A DNA stretch of 64,000 nucleotides from IMG/VR virus record IMGVR_UViG_3300017917_002938, positions 99,544-163,543 of that record; one strand, written 5' to 3'. A model generated the notes under the pieces. It saw nothing but the letters and a program-made list of their open reading frames with translations, was not told where the DNA came from and searched no databases. Both the position numbers and the translations under genes were made by a program. Position 1 is the first letter of the stretch. Each line of letters opens with the position of its first letter. This DNA comes from a virus. Shown in pieces: positions 42,508 through 52,691 of this stretch.

Positions 42508-44219
42508 TGTGCTATCCTCGAAAAGTTTTTATGTTTCTCAAACTTAATCACGCTATTGAACTTATCAAATAGTTGATCGCCTTTATGGCTGATAATAAAA
42601 ATATTTGTATCTCCGGTGATGCTATTAATAATTTTTAGAAACTCATCTGTACCAGAGTTATCTAAAGAACTATCAAACACCTCATCCATTATTAGAAGAT
42701 TAGTTGAAGCAGAATTGCGCAACTTAGCCACAGCTCTCCAGGTAAATAGTAGAGCCAAGTCAATTCGCATTTTTTCGCCTTCTGAAAAGCTTTCGTAACT
42801 AAATTCATCTCTAAACCTCGACTTTATTTTTTCTTCAAAATTTTCATTCAGTTCAAAGTTAACAAAGAAGTCCATAGACGCTAGGTACTTGTTTATCAAC
42901 TTATTCATGATCGGGATATACTGCTTTATAATTTTAGTCTTTATTCCTGAATCTTTCAACAGCAATTGTGCCACATCTAATACTGTCTTATCCGTTGTTA
43001 AAGTTTCCTTTAATTCGATATGTTGTTTTAAAGATGTCTTTAAGTCTTTCAGTTCAGCTGAATTATCTTCACTTCCTGTAGACTCTACTTTGAGTTCATC
43101 AATTTCTTTCTGTAGATCACTAATAAAATTATTCCAGGTAGTGACTTGCACATTATAGTTACTGATGCTAGTGTTCAGTCTATTAATTTCCATAAGAGCG
43201 TTATTAATATCTGTCAAACGGGAATTAAGATTATTATATTCTTCTTGCAGCTTATTTTTTCCACTCTCAATCTCTGCCACTTGAGAATTATTTCGTTGTA
43301 TAATTTCATCTTTGTGATCATGTTCAATGCCTTGACGACAGGTAGGACAATCATCATGATCTGTAAAGAATGTAATGTCTTTTTGAAGCTTACTAAGTCT
43401 TTGATCGATTTGAGCACTAAGGGTATCAAGCTGCTTGATTTTTGTCTTGACCTTCTCATGATCAGAGATACTATCAACTGCTCCTTGAAGTGTAGTTTGT
43501 ACTTGAGAGATCGAATTTCTCGCCTCTTGAATTGATTGCTGGTACTCTGCAATCTTTGTGTTCTTTTGCTGTATGATATCGTTAGTATTAGCTTTTAATG
43601 TATCAAGATGCTTTTTCAGCATCTCAATTTTTTCTGCTGAGAGCTTAATATTAAAGTCACAATCACTTATTTTAGTCTTGTTATCTGATACTTTATCTTT
43701 TAACAAGGTATTCATTGTAGAGAAGATCTGAATATCTAAAAGATCCTCAATCACCTCACGTCTATGGGAGGCAGGTAGTTGCATGAAGGGTACAAACGAT
43801 GCACTACCCAATACTACAATTTGACTGAACGACTTATGATTAAGTTTGAGAATAGATCTCTCAAACATTTCTTGATATTCTTTTGACTCTGCATCTTGAT
43901 TGAGTAGATTGCCGTCTTGATGTATTTCAAACAAGTTAGGCTTAATTCCTCTTTTAACCGTATAGTTACGCTTACCTATAGTAAACTCAAGATGTACTTC
44001 TAGACCTTTTTGATTGATAGCATTAATGAGTTGGGGCTTGTTAATTTTTCTAAACGGCTTGCCGTATAATGCAAACGACAGAGCGTCGAGAATGGTAGAC
44101 TTTCCTGCACCATTCTCCCCCACAATAAGGGTAGATTTTGACTTAGTAAAATCTATCTCTGTAAATGCATTACCGGTAGATAGAAAGTTTTTCCATTTAA
44201 TATTTCTAAAATAAATCAT
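42504..44219 (-). CDS. 46: Recombination endonuclease ATPase subunit (gp46)
   Basis: GENGAGKS, CPTC hook, FSEGE, MDEVFDSSLD, ISH. Confidence 0.95.
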   Translation of the reverse strand: MIYFRNIKWKNFLSTGNAFTEIDFTKSKSTLIVGENGAGKSTILDALSFALYGKPFRKINKPQLINAINQKGLEVHLEFTIGKRNYTVKRGIKPNLFEIHQDGNLLNQDAESKEYQEMFERSILKLNHKSFSQIVVLGSASFVPFMQLPASHRREVIEDLLDIQIFSTMNTLLKDKVSDNKTKISDCDFNIKLSAEKIEMLKKHLDTLKANTNDIIQQKNTKIAEYQQSIQEARNSISQVQTTLQGAVDSISDHEKVKTKIKQLDTLSAQIDQRLSKLQKDITFFTDHDDCPTCRQGIEHDHKDEIIQRNNSQVAEIESGKNKLQEEYNNLNSRLTDINNALMEINRLNTSISNYNVQVTTWNNFISDLQKEIDELKVESTGSEDNSAELKDLKTSLKQHIELKETLTTDKTVLDVAQLLLKDSGIKTKIIKQYIPIMNKLINKYLASMDFFVNFELNENFEEKIKSRFRDEFSYESFSEGEKMRIDLALLFTWRAVAKLRNSASTNLLIMDEVFDSSLDNSGTDEFLKIINSITGDTNIFIISHKGDQLFDKFNSVIKFEKHKNFSRIAQ

Positions 44220-44701
44220 TGACTAAACCAGGTAGGTGTAGGTCTGTTGGTCCAACGAGCAAAGTGAGCTTTAGCGCCTTTGTAGTAGTTTTTATACGAC
44301 TGAATTGCTGATGTTACTTTATATTCATCAGGCATAGCGGGAGGAGGCTCGTTGAATACGATAGACTTACCAATATTAACAGGGGGTTGTTTGAGAATGT
44401 CAAGTAAACCTTCTCTCTCTATTTTATGTACTTTACCATAACGATGAGTGTACTCCTTACACAAAGCGTGAAGTAGAGACCAAAGCCAGTCATAGTGAGC
44501 AGAACATTTACGAACCCATACAGCGGATGGGTGGTTTTTATGAGTTAGTTTATAGATTGGGATGATGACTTGTTCACCGTCAATCATATGGTGGGCGTTA
44601 GAAAGTAGTTGAGCGGTTTCTAATACCATTTTAACAACATGCTTGTCACAGTGCTGTTTAGCACACTCAACCGGATCATGATCTAAGTAAAATATATTCA
44701 C
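44216..44701 (-). CDS. Pyrimidine-dimer DNA glycosylase-like protein (DenV-like family)
   Basis: MNIFYLD...HCDKHVVKM..E.AQLL...THKNHPSAVW...EYTHRYGKVH. Confidence 0.75.
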   Translation of the reverse strand: MNIFYLDHDPVECAKQHCDKHVVKMVLETAQLLSNAHHMIDGEQVIIPIYKLTHKNHPSAVWVRKCSAHYDWLWSLLHALCKEYTHRYGKVHKIEREGLLDILKQPPVNIGKSIVFNEPPPAMPDEYKVTSAIQSYKNYYKGAKAHFARWTNRPTPTWFSQ

Positions 44702-44703
44702 GC

Positions 44704-45762
44704 TTACTCCAATGATAATGCCTCATTATACAGGCTTCGCAATAAATTTTCAAGCTTCTGTTTGTCTGTTTTAATTTCTAGTTGATCGACATACTTGTTA
44801 AGTATGGTGAGCGTATCTTCTGCTTCGTTTATAATGTCATCATCTTCTTCCAGATTGAGATTAAGATGATCTTCTACTACCTGTAAATCGACGATGCCTG
44901 CCTTTTCGAGTTTATCGATATACAGATCAAACCATGTAGGGTTGGTTTTATTAGTAACAATAACCTTCACGATAGAGTCTTTATATTGACTGAAGTCTTG
45001 CGTAATTATTTCAGTCATAGTTTTGTTCATGTCATCATACCATACCTTATGAAACATTTTATACGGGTTAGGAATAAATTCTAACTCCCTGGTAGTGGTG
45101 TCTAGGATATGAAATCCTCTATCATCACTCCAATCGGACCAAGTCATCTCATATGGGGTACCGACATAATGTATATTACGTCTGGATGATTTGTGATGAA
45201 AGTGACCAGATATGACAAGATCAAACTTATCAAACACAGAAGGATCAAGTCCCTCATCATTCATTGCTCCTTTATACATTTCAAACCCTTGTATCTCAAA
45301 GTGACCACATACAATCTGTGATCTGGACATTTCCATAGCTTTAAGTACGTCTAGTTGATTTTCTGGGCATATCCAGGGCACCATCAGTACAGACGTACCT
45401 CCGAAAGAGGTTTCGTAAGGCTGATGTACTTGATTGATGTTTGAATATTGATTAAGCAGAAGGCCAATAGAGTTAACCTCATTGGTATTTTTATAGTATG
45501 TGTCGTGATTACCAACCAACAACCACGACCTATGATTTTCATCGAGTTTACTAAAGAAGTATTGACGAGCCAGGCTTAAGGTTTGAAAATTAATAAATTT
45601 TCTTCTATCAAATACATCTCCTAACTGAATGACATATTCGATATCGTTTTCTTCCAGATATGGAAAGAATACTTCGTTATAAAACTTACTAAAGTATTTG
45701 TGAAAGGATGGGTTGTCACCCCTCGCACCAAAATGCGTGTCACCAAGAATCGCAACCTTCAT
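44704..45762 (-). CDS. 47: Recombination endonuclease nuclease subunit (gp47)
   Basis: GDTHFG, GDVFD, GNHD, GHF, SGHFH. Confidence 0.95.
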   Translation of the reverse strand: MKVAILGDTHFGARGDNPSFHKYFSKFYNEVFFPYLEENDIEYVIQLGDVFDRRKFINFQTLSLARQYFFSKLDENHRSWLLVGNHDTYYKNTNEVNSIGLLLNQYSNINQVHQPYETSFGGTSVLMVPWICPENQLDVLKAMEMSRSQIVCGHFEIQGFEMYKGAMNDEGLDPSVFDKFDLVISGHFHHKSSRRNIHYVGTPYEMTWSDWSDDRGFHILDTTTRELEFIPNPYKMFHKVWYDDMNKTMTEIITQDFSQYKDSIVKVIVTNKTNPTWFDLYIDKLEKAGIVDLQVVEDHLNLNLEEDDDIINEAEDTLTILNKYVDQLEIKTDKQKLENLLRSLYNEALSLE

Positions 45763-45764
45763 AA

Positions 45765-46337
45765 TTATTCGCTTTCTTCGTCTTCGGTTTCTACTTGTTC
45801 TTCGTCAATAAACTTTTCAATACCTTTTTTACGCTTAACTCTTTTCTTATCGAGACTATCTTCAAAATTTCTAATAAAGTCAGAAACATTCTCGTTATCA
45901 AAGTCGATGTATGCAGGCTGAAAGTCACCTTCTTCAAACTCTCCTTGCTCTACCAGCGTATTCATTATCATACTATGCTCAACCGTTTTATGTTTGATGT
46001 ATAGCTGCTTTCTTTCTTTTTGAATTCGTCTTAAAAAAGCAAAGTAAATAATCTGAGTAAAATATGCGAAAGGATTATCTGATTTATCAGGATCGAAGTT
46101 ATCAATATAACAAATACAGTTCTCAATACCGTCCGAAATCATTTCCTCTCTATACGAGTAGTTAATAAAATTAGGCTTATGTGATAATCGATTGGCAATC
46201 ATCAACATACACTCACCAAGATAACGAGGTATTTGAGGCTTTTGAGTTTTATTTTTCTTTGATTCGTTGACAGCTTCTCTGTACTTTTTTATCTCTTCGT
46301 ACATCTTCTTATTGTCAACGTAATGGTTAGTAGACAT
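45765..46337 (-). CDS. 55: Late-transcription sigma factor (gp55)
   Basis: HYVDNK, PNFINYSY.EEMISDGIENC, NPFAYFTQI. Confidence 0.95.
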   Translation of the reverse strand: MSTNHYVDNKKMYEEIKKYREAVNESKKNKTQKPQIPRYLGECMLMIANRLSHKPNFINYSYREEMISDGIENCICYIDNFDPDKSDNPFAYFTQIIYFAFLRRIQKERKQLYIKHKTVEHSMIMNTLVEQGEFEEGDFQPAYIDFDNENVSDFIRNFEDSLDKKRVKRKKGIEKFIDEEQVETEDEESE

Positions 46338-46368
46338 TATTATTTAATCCTTATTATGCAACAAAGTT

Positions 46369-46398
46369 ATTATAAACCTTTGTCTTATCAAAATCCAC
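46369..46398 (-). promoter_or_regulatory. Early-type promoter of gp55
   Basis: GTGGATT-17bp-TATAAT. Confidence 0.65.
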
Positions 46399-46400
46399 AT

Positions 46401-46796
46401 TCAGTTGATGGTATGCTTACCCTTCATTCTTTCTAACATGGCTACAGCTACTTCAAGTTCCTCTTCGGAAGGTTCTTCTTCTTTTGACGCAGCAATCAAT
46501 TCATTCTCAATCATCTTGTCTACGTGATATTCGATTTGTCTTAGAGCATTGTTGTAGTAGTTGGTCATACCGTCTTTAGGTTTAACTACTGCAACTACAT
46601 GCTCTCTTTTAAACTCAATTTCTTTTGATTCAGCAAAAGGAATGTATCTTTGTATTGACACTGCAGGAGGATGTCCTGATGCTTTGATGTAGTAATTAAG
46701 TTGTAGAGGGTTGCTTACCAGTATATGACTGTTACTATCTTGCTTGATTGTTCCTACAACCTCGGTACCATTAGTTAATTTTATTAAAGATACCAT
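46401..46796 (-). CDS. Conserved T4-like hypothetical protein between uvsW and gp55
   Basis: IKLTNGTEVVG N-terminus; synteny. Confidence 0.7.
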   Translation of the reverse strand: MVSLIKLTNGTEVVGTIKQDSNSHILVSNPLQLNYYIKASGHPPAVSIQRYIPFAESKEIEFKREHVVAVVKPKDGMTNYYNNALRQIEYHVDKMIENELIAASKEEEPSEEELEVAVAMLERMKGKHTIN

Positions 46797-48252
46797 TATC
46801 TCTCCTGATATTTACTGAGTAAATTTTATAGTTAAATTTTTCTTCGTTGTAGATTTTCATTCGCTCAGCAAAGTGTAATAGAGTATAATTTTTCTTTGAC
46901 TTCCAGGATAGGTCGTCGGCGATATCATACAATACTGCCTCAGTTTTGAACTCTCCAAGTCTAAGGCCGCGGCCAATAGATTGCAAGGTTCTTATGCGCG
47001 ATTTCGAAGGGCTTGCAAATATAACGTTATGTAGGTTCTTAATATTAATACCAGTTGAGAACGTACCATAGGATGCTATGAGAATAGCGTTTTTTGTTTC
47101 TTCAACAGCCTTACGAATATCTTCTCTTACCATACCGTCTATATTACCATCCACATAGAAAACATTACTATGTGTTGTCCCTTGTTTAACCGTGTTATAC
47201 AAGGTTTGTCCTTGGGCTATAGTCTTGAATAAGACCAGTGTGTTCCCCTTGAGAGACATTGAGAGATTAGAGATAAAGTCGTTTCTCGAGTCAGATGTAG
47301 CTATAAAGTCCGACTCCGTTTGATAATCACTCTTAGAGTATTGTTTTTTAGTATCTTCATCCCAATTCAATACTATAGCTTTTATATTAAGCTCGGATAC
47401 ATGTCCTTGTTCCATTAGTTCGGATGTGGTGATAATTTTTCTTACCGGTCCAAACAATCCTTCAAGAACTAATTTATTGGTATGAGCGCCGTCTAAGGTT
47501 CCGGTAAAACCAAAACGATAAGGAGTGTTAATCATCTTGGTCATTATACCAACTAAAGACTTTGCTTTAAATTGATGAGCCTCATCTCCTACTACACAAT
47601 GAAATTGCTCAAACCAAGACTTGGGCATTTTGTAAATAGATTGCCAAGTAGTAACTACTATAGGCTCATCGGTAAGTTTTTCTTGACCGGAAAATATTTT
47701 ATGCACTCTATTTTCATCAAAACCATAATCACCGAAGTCAGTAGCCATCTGGTGAACTAGTGACGTGGTTGGTACAATGATTAATATTTTTGATTCTTTG
47801 TGCATGAACATTCTGCACAGTAAATAAATTATTAGTGACTTGCCTGAGGCGGTAGGAGATAATAATAATGCCCTTCCTTTTCTTACTGCGTGTACAAAGG
47901 CGTCTATTTGATAGTCTCTGGGAGGTAGGGTAAGAGTTTTAAGCTTTGAGATGAATTGCTGGGCTTCGGCCAAACTAAAATTAAAGTCACTAAAATCGCC
48001 AGAGTCGATAAAATCAATCTCATACTCTCTTTCTTTCGCAAACTTTTCTATGTGATGGGTTAGACCTCTGTAAATAAGTCTAGTAGCAGTAGAGAATAAT
48101 CTAATCTTCCCATCCCATTGGCGTCTTTTCACCTTAGGTGAGAACCTTGCATTAGGTACATCAAAAGTAAAATACTCAGCCATCTCCATTGCAACGTCTG
48201 GGTCGCAATGTACTTTGTTATATACTTCGGAGTACTTTTCTAATTTAATCAT
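46771..48252 (-). CDS. uvsW: DNA helicase UvsW
   Basis: SPTASGKS, DEAH, TGT, STGINI, QSIGR. Confidence 0.95.
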   Translation of the reverse strand: MIKLEKYSEVYNKVHCDPDVAMEMAEYFTFDVPNARFSPKVKRRQWDGKIRLFSTATRLIYRGLTHHIEKFAKEREYEIDFIDSGDFSDFNFSLAEAQQFISKLKTLTLPPRDYQIDAFVHAVRKGRALLLSPTASGKSLIIYLLCRMFMHKESKILIIVPTTSLVHQMATDFGDYGFDENRVHKIFSGQEKLTDEPIVVTTWQSIYKMPKSWFEQFHCVVGDEAHQFKAKSLVGIMTKMINTPYRFGFTGTLDGAHTNKLVLEGLFGPVRKIITTSELMEQGHVSELNIKAIVLNWDEDTKKQYSKSDYQTESDFIATSDSRNDFISNLSMSLKGNTLVLFKTIAQGQTLYNTVKQGTTHSNVFYVDGNIDGMVREDIRKAVEETKNAILIASYGTFSTGINIKNLHNVIFASPSKSRIRTLQSIGRGLRLGEFKTEAVLYDIADDLSWKSKKNYTLLHFAERMKIYNEEKFNYKIYSVNIRRDNGIFNKIN

Positions 48253-48683
48253 GCACCAACTTTAAACTTTTCCCAATCGATTGCAGATTTTATTTGATAC
48301 CCTCTTGCAGGGAGGGATTTAATAATACTTTCAACAAAATCAACTTTGTCTCGTTGAAACTCAAGCCTCACATTAAGGTTAACAATGTCGTCATCACTTT
48401 CAAGATACATTGGAATATCTGAACGTAGTATTTTTAACGGGTTAGGTTCCCAGTTACGTTCTTTGAGTTCTTCTTCACTTATTGTTCCTGCGTACCATTC
48501 ATACTTGGCACGTTTGAGATTGATCATTTTATACTCTAACTGTCGCATCTGTGAGCGCTCAGCTGAATACATTTGATAGTATTTGGAATGTAGTTGTGGG
48601 ATACGTAATGACTCTTCACCTAACTCTGTACGATCTATGCAAGCGTCGCGTTCCCAATGTTGCTGAATTTCTTCTAGTTTCAT
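48249..48683 (-). CDS. uvsY: Recombination mediator UvsY
   Basis: IPQLHSKY, RGYQIKSAIDW.KF..G. Confidence 0.9.
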   Translation of the reverse strand: MKLEEIQQHWERDACIDRTELGEESLRIPQLHSKYYQMYSAERSQMRQLEYKMINLKRAKYEWYAGTISEEELKERNWEPNPLKILRSDIPMYLESDDDIVNLNVRLEFQRDKVDFVESIIKSLPARGYQIKSAIDWEKFKVGA

Positions 48684-48709
48684 GCTCTACTCACGTTAAA
48701 ATAATTAAT

Positions 48710-48738
48710 ATTATAGACTATCACCTACATTAAATCAA
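48710..48738 (-). promoter_or_regulatory. Early-type promoter of uvsY-uvsW
   Basis: TTGATTTAATGTAGGTGATAGTCTATAAT, overlapping the gp3 stop. Confidence 0.75.
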
Positions 48739-49266
48739 ATATTCTATATCATAACCTTGTATGTTAAACGAACAAGAAGCTTTGACATATTGTACGTCAT
48801 CATCTGTGGAACTGAAGTTAATGTCAGTAAGAGTAACTGGATAGATGTTTCTAAAATTAATATTAATGATTGGGTTTTTTGCACTTGATAAAACCGTTAA
48901 GGTTGCATCAGAGTAAACCCCTGGACCGTCACCTGAACTTGTATCATAAGTTTTTCCTGCAACAGCTTTATATTGATCGAAAGAGTCAGGAAATCCAATC
49001 CCTTTAATCCAATCTAGTATCTCTTTGTAGTTACGAAGCTCTTCATCCACTAAGAAATCTATTTGTAGAACCCCGTATATGATGTGATCACCCGCTAGTG
49101 GTAGTCTAGAGAAGGGGGTAGGTACTACTGTTTCTCCCAAGGATACTGAAGGGATATTAACAGTTTGAACGGCATAGTTCGTACTCGGTGTTCGTTTAAT
49201 TTGAAACTTGAACCCAAGCGGAGAAAGCCAGTTCTTATTTGTTGGAATATTTGAAATTGCACTCAT
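48730..49266 (-). CDS. 3: Tail completion / tube terminator protein (gp3)
   Basis: LSPLGFKF, FLVDEEL.NY, SDATL; synteny after gp23. Confidence 0.88.
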   Translation of the reverse strand: MSAISNIPTNKNWLSPLGFKFQIKRTPSTNYAVQTVNIPSVSLGETVVPTPFSRLPLAGDHIIYGVLQIDFLVDEELRNYKEILDWIKGIGFPDSFDQYKAVAGKTYDTSSGDGPGVYSDATLTVLSSAKNPIININFRNIYPVTLTDINFSSTDDDVQYVKASCSFNIQGYDIEYLI

Positions 49267-49271
49267 GATAG

Positions 49272-49279
49272 TATTTAGG
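49272..49279 (-). promoter_or_regulatory. Late promoter variant
   Basis: CCTAAATA upstream of gp3. Confidence 0.55.
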
Positions 49280-49280
49280 C

Positions 49281-49308
49281 AAAAAAAAGTCCCGCCGAAG
49301 CGGGACTT
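49281..49308 (-). terminator. Terminator after gp23 (UUCG tetraloop)
   Basis: AAGTCCCGC-TTCG-GCGGGACTTTTTTTT. Confidence 0.92.
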
Positions 49309-49345
49309 AAAACTGCGTTGTTATAGTTTTTATATACGCAACTGA

Positions 49346-50689
49346 TTACATCAGGTTGTTAACTAGAACACGGCGGTAGTACACGTTCGAGTTCTCAGTG
49401 ATTGCGCCTAGACCAGCGCTTGAACCTTCAGCAAATGGGTTTGCAACCATACCGTAACGGGTCTTGAAACCAATCTTTGGTTGGAAGGTGTCTTGGTCAA
49501 CTGCACGAACCATTTGTAGAGGAACGTATGGGCAGTAGAACAGACCGGCGTCAAATGCTGACGAACCCTTATAACCCATCAGGAAGAAGTTTCCTGTTGA
49601 ATATGGGTCGATGTAAACACGTAGACGACCGTTTAGAACACCAGCGAATGTTGCGCCAGTATCATCAACTTGTAGGTTGTTGCTGTTTAGAGCAGGAGCG
49701 TAATCAAGAACACCAGCCATTTGCAGAGCAGACGCTACGTCTGAAGAGCAAAGAACGATGTTACCTTTACCTCTACGAGTATCTTTGGCAATCTTGTTCG
49801 CTTCTCTTTCGAGTTGGAACATCAAGCCTTTGAACTTCTCAACAGACCAACGACCGTTAGAGTCGGTGTCAAGGTCGAAAATACCAGCAGATGTTGTACC
49901 TTCTGTAGCACCACGAACACCGGTGATGTAGATTGTACGAACAACTTCGCGGTTAATTTCAGCAAGAATTTCTGAAGACAGAATGTTAGACAATTCTGTT
50001 TCAGCATCTAGACCGTGGATAGCACGTAGATCTTGTGCTAATTCCATGGTGTATTCAGCTTTTAGAGCACGTGACTTAGCAGTTACGCTAACTTTCTCGA
50101 TAGAGAAAGCCATTTGTGGGAATGTTAACGAGCTGTTTGAGCCAAGATATTCTGCAGAAGAAGTTGGCATACCTTCTGCATAGTTAACGTTAGCAGATTG
50201 TGCTAGCAATGTGGTGTTAGCACCGGAACCAAGTGCACCTAGATGAGTATTACCTAGTTGGTTACCACCGCCTTTTAGTGTAGAGAAGGCTGTGTTAACT
50301 TCACCGTAGAATGTCTCACCACCGGTTTGGTTAGCGTAACGAGCGCGCATTGCGAAGATAAGACCGGTAGGACCTGTCATTGGCTGAACGCCGCAGATGT
50401 CATACGCGATCAAGTTAGGCATCGCACGACGAACCAAGCTGATTAGAACTGGGTCGAATGTGTCGATAGATGTTGCACCATCGCCGGCTTGTACGGAGTT
50501 AACAGGCTGTCCTGCTTCAAACAGCGTCTGACCACCACCTGCAACACGAGTAGCTTCGCGAAGAGCTTTCTCGGTGTTTTCTAGGATAGTAGCAGTTACT
50601 GCTCGCTTGTGCGCATCCTTGATTGGCTCAAGATCTGCATGCTCAAGTACAGGCTGCCATTTTTTTTGAATTTCTTCATTTAGTAACAT
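49346..50689 (-). CDS. 23: Major capsid protein (gp23)
   Basis: LVRRAMPNLIAYDICGVQPMTGPTG, ELAQDL.AIHGLDAE, YCPYVPL, FKTRYG. Confidence 0.98.
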   Translation of the reverse strand: MLLNEEIQKKWQPVLEHADLEPIKDAHKRAVTATILENTEKALREATRVAGGGQTLFEAGQPVNSVQAGDGATSIDTFDPVLISLVRRAMPNLIAYDICGVQPMTGPTGLIFAMRARYANQTGGETFYGEVNTAFSTLKGGGNQLGNTHLGALGSGANTTLLAQSANVNYAEGMPTSSAEYLGSNSSLTFPQMAFSIEKVSVTAKSRALKAEYTMELAQDLRAIHGLDAETELSNILSSEILAEINREVVRTIYITGVRGATEGTTSAGIFDLDTDSNGRWSVEKFKGLMFQLEREANKIAKDTRRGKGNIVLCSSDVASALQMAGVLDYAPALNSNNLQVDDTGATFAGVLNGRLRVYIDPYSTGNFFLMGYKGSSAFDAGLFYCPYVPLQMVRAVDQDTFQPKIGFKTRYGMVANPFAEGSSAGLGAITENSNVYYRRVLVNNLM

Positions 50690-50725
50690 GTGAGTTTCCC
50701 CTTCCTTGTTTAATTGGGCTATTTT

Positions 50726-50733
50726 TATTTATA
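50726..50733 (-). promoter_or_regulatory. T4-type late promoter
   Basis: TATAAATA upstream of gp23. Confidence 0.8.
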
Positions 50734-50737
50734 AAAA

Positions 50738-51706
50738 TTATTTCTTGATGGTTCGAGAAATAGCTTGCATATAGCGAGCAACACTAGGATCTACAGCAGA
50801 TTTATGAGGCTGTGTATCTTCTTGAATGTCGTCGATCTCGCTTTCAACAATATCGCTTCCTACCTTTTTAGCAACAAAATAGTTTTCTTTTACGATTTCT
50901 AGTTTGCGCTTGTAAGTCTCAGCGTCGTTATAATCAACGCCTTCGGCAAGTGTAGTGAATTTATCAACTTGGGTTGCGGTCAAGCCTTCTGCCACCTCGG
51001 AGAAAACAGCCTGTTTTTGATACTCATCAACAGCTTTTTTCATCTCGATATTGTCTTGTACTTGTTCATTAAGTTTCTGCTCTAGCTCTTCTACTTGGGC
51101 AGATAGCTCTCCGATTACATCAGCTTTTTCTTCTGGAACATCAATATAGTTTTCTTGGAACAATGTCTTCATACCTTCGATGAAGCTCTCTGTGATTTCT
51201 GTGCGTAGAGAGTGTTCAACGGCTAGTTCATTTTGCTCCATCCATTGTTCTACAACATAGTTAAGGTACTCATCAATTCGTTGGTTGGTTTCTTCAACGA
51301 ATTGAGCAACTTGCTCCTCTAGTTGTACTTGAGTTTCTTCTTCTAGTTCTGCTTTGATTTGCTCTACTCGAGCACTAACAGCAGCTTCGAAAATAGTAGT
51401 TGCTTTTTCTTTGAATTCCTCGGTAAGTTCTTCACCTTGGAAAAGAGCATCCATATCTTCTTTCATTGCAACTGATGCCTTGTTAGCAGCAGATTTATCT
51501 GCTCCTTGTTTGGTGTTAGTATCAGAATCAGTATCCTCAACGCCAGGGTTGTTAGGATCTTGAATCTTCTGCATTGGTTCACCATTAGAGAGATTAGACT
51601 TGGGTAGAGTAGCGCGAACGCCAGTTGGATCTGCAGTGGTTGATTTACCAGTTTCACCGCCACCAACCTCTAACTTTTCGTCTAGTTTTTGTTTTTGTTT
51701 CAACAT
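50738..51706 (-). CDS. 22: Prohead core scaffold protein (gp22)
   Basis: FKEKATTIFEAAV, YLNYVVEQWM; acidic coiled coil; synteny. Confidence 0.92.
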   Translation of the reverse strand: MLKQKQKLDEKLEVGGGETGKSTTADPTGVRATLPKSNLSNGEPMQKIQDPNNPGVEDTDSDTNTKQGADKSAANKASVAMKEDMDALFQGEELTEEFKEKATTIFEAAVSARVEQIKAELEEETQVQLEEQVAQFVEETNQRIDEYLNYVVEQWMEQNELAVEHSLRTEITESFIEGMKTLFQENYIDVPEEKADVIGELSAQVEELEQKLNEQVQDNIEMKKAVDEYQKQAVFSEVAEGLTATQVDKFTTLAEGVDYNDAETYKRKLEIVKENYFVAKKVGSDIVESEIDDIQEDTQPHKSAVDPSVARYMQAISRTIKK

Positions 51707-51735
51707 GTTTGACTCCTGTATAGGGATTTATTTAC

Positions 51736-51743
51736 TATTTATA
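51736..51743 (-). promoter_or_regulatory. T4-type late promoter
   Basis: TATAAATA upstream of gp22. Confidence 0.8.
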
Positions 51744-51746
51744 CTT

Positions 51747-52403
51747 TTAAGCCTTTGATATCTTATTCAGGAAGTCTTCGAACAATCTTATCTTAACCTC
51801 ATTAAGATTGCGAGAAGAAGTACGTGTAATTTCGTGCTTCATTTCTTCAATCTTTTGAGCTTTTAAGATTCCGTTGTCCCAGACCCACTCAACACCTTCC
51901 ATGATCCCGCGTACAAACGCGTCCGGCGCGGATGGATCAGCTACGATATCAGCAGCGGTGGCAAGGTAGAAATCATTTTGTACTTCCATTACGCCATTTC
52001 TCTCTTTTAGAGTTCCCATTCCTCTAGAAGAAACACCCAGGCATGCACCTTCGCCAATTAAATTTTTAACGATGTTACCATATGGTGTGTCCATGATCTT
52101 GGCTTTACCGATAACATCGTTACCCTCCATACGGAGTTCCTTGATCATGTGTGATACTCGCTCTAGATTAATTGTAGGACCAGATGGGTGGCCTAACTCT
52201 CCATAAGCGCGATTCTTTTCAACATACTCTTTATTGTAGCGGCCAACCTCTTGTTCCATGATTGATTTGCCGTACTTACGGTTGTTGCGGTTGACCCTTT
52301 CGGTCTGCATGAATATACCTTCAATGTAGTAGTCTTTTTGCCCAGACTCTTTTTGTTCTACAATGGTTTGTACATTTTCTACTAATTCGGTAAATAGCTT
52401 CAT
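51747..52403 (-). CDS. 21: Prohead protease (gp21)
   Basis: GELGHP, GVSSRGMG, DIVADPSAPDAFV. Confidence 0.95.
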   Translation of the reverse strand: MKLFTELVENVQTIVEQKESGQKDYYIEGIFMQTERVNRNNRKYGKSIMEQEVGRYNKEYVEKNRAYGELGHPSGPTINLERVSHMIKELRMEGNDVIGKAKIMDTPYGNIVKNLIGEGACLGVSSRGMGTLKERNGVMEVQNDFYLATAADIVADPSAPDAFVRGIMEGVEWVWDNGILKAQKIEEMKHEITRTSSRNLNEVKIRLFEDFLNKISKA

Positions 52404-52412
52404 TTGTTATCC

Positions 52413-52691
52413 TTAATAGTACCCGATTGGTACTGCAAGCACTTTACCGGAAGAAGAAGTATTTGATTCAAAAGTATCTGTTGGATCTTTTATAAGGAAA
52501 ACTTCATCGCCTCCTTGACCGGCTTTATTAATAGTAATGGTACCTAGTACATTATTGCTAGAATCTCTTTGAGTAATAAGAAAAGCTGCTGCACTATCGG
52601 TATTAATCATTCTGATAAGTGAGCCAAGTGCAACAGTGTTAGCTGTATTAGCTAAAGATATTTCTGAGCCTTTCAGCTTAATATCAGCCAT
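52413..52691 (-). CDS. Hypothetical virion-module protein
   Basis: Start trimmed to MADIK; located between gp20 and gp21. Confidence 0.6.
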   Translation of the reverse strand: MADIKLKGSEISLANTANTVALGSLIRMINTDSAAAFLITQRDSSNNVLGTITINKAGQGGDEVFLIKDPTDTFESNTSSSGKVLAVPIGYY

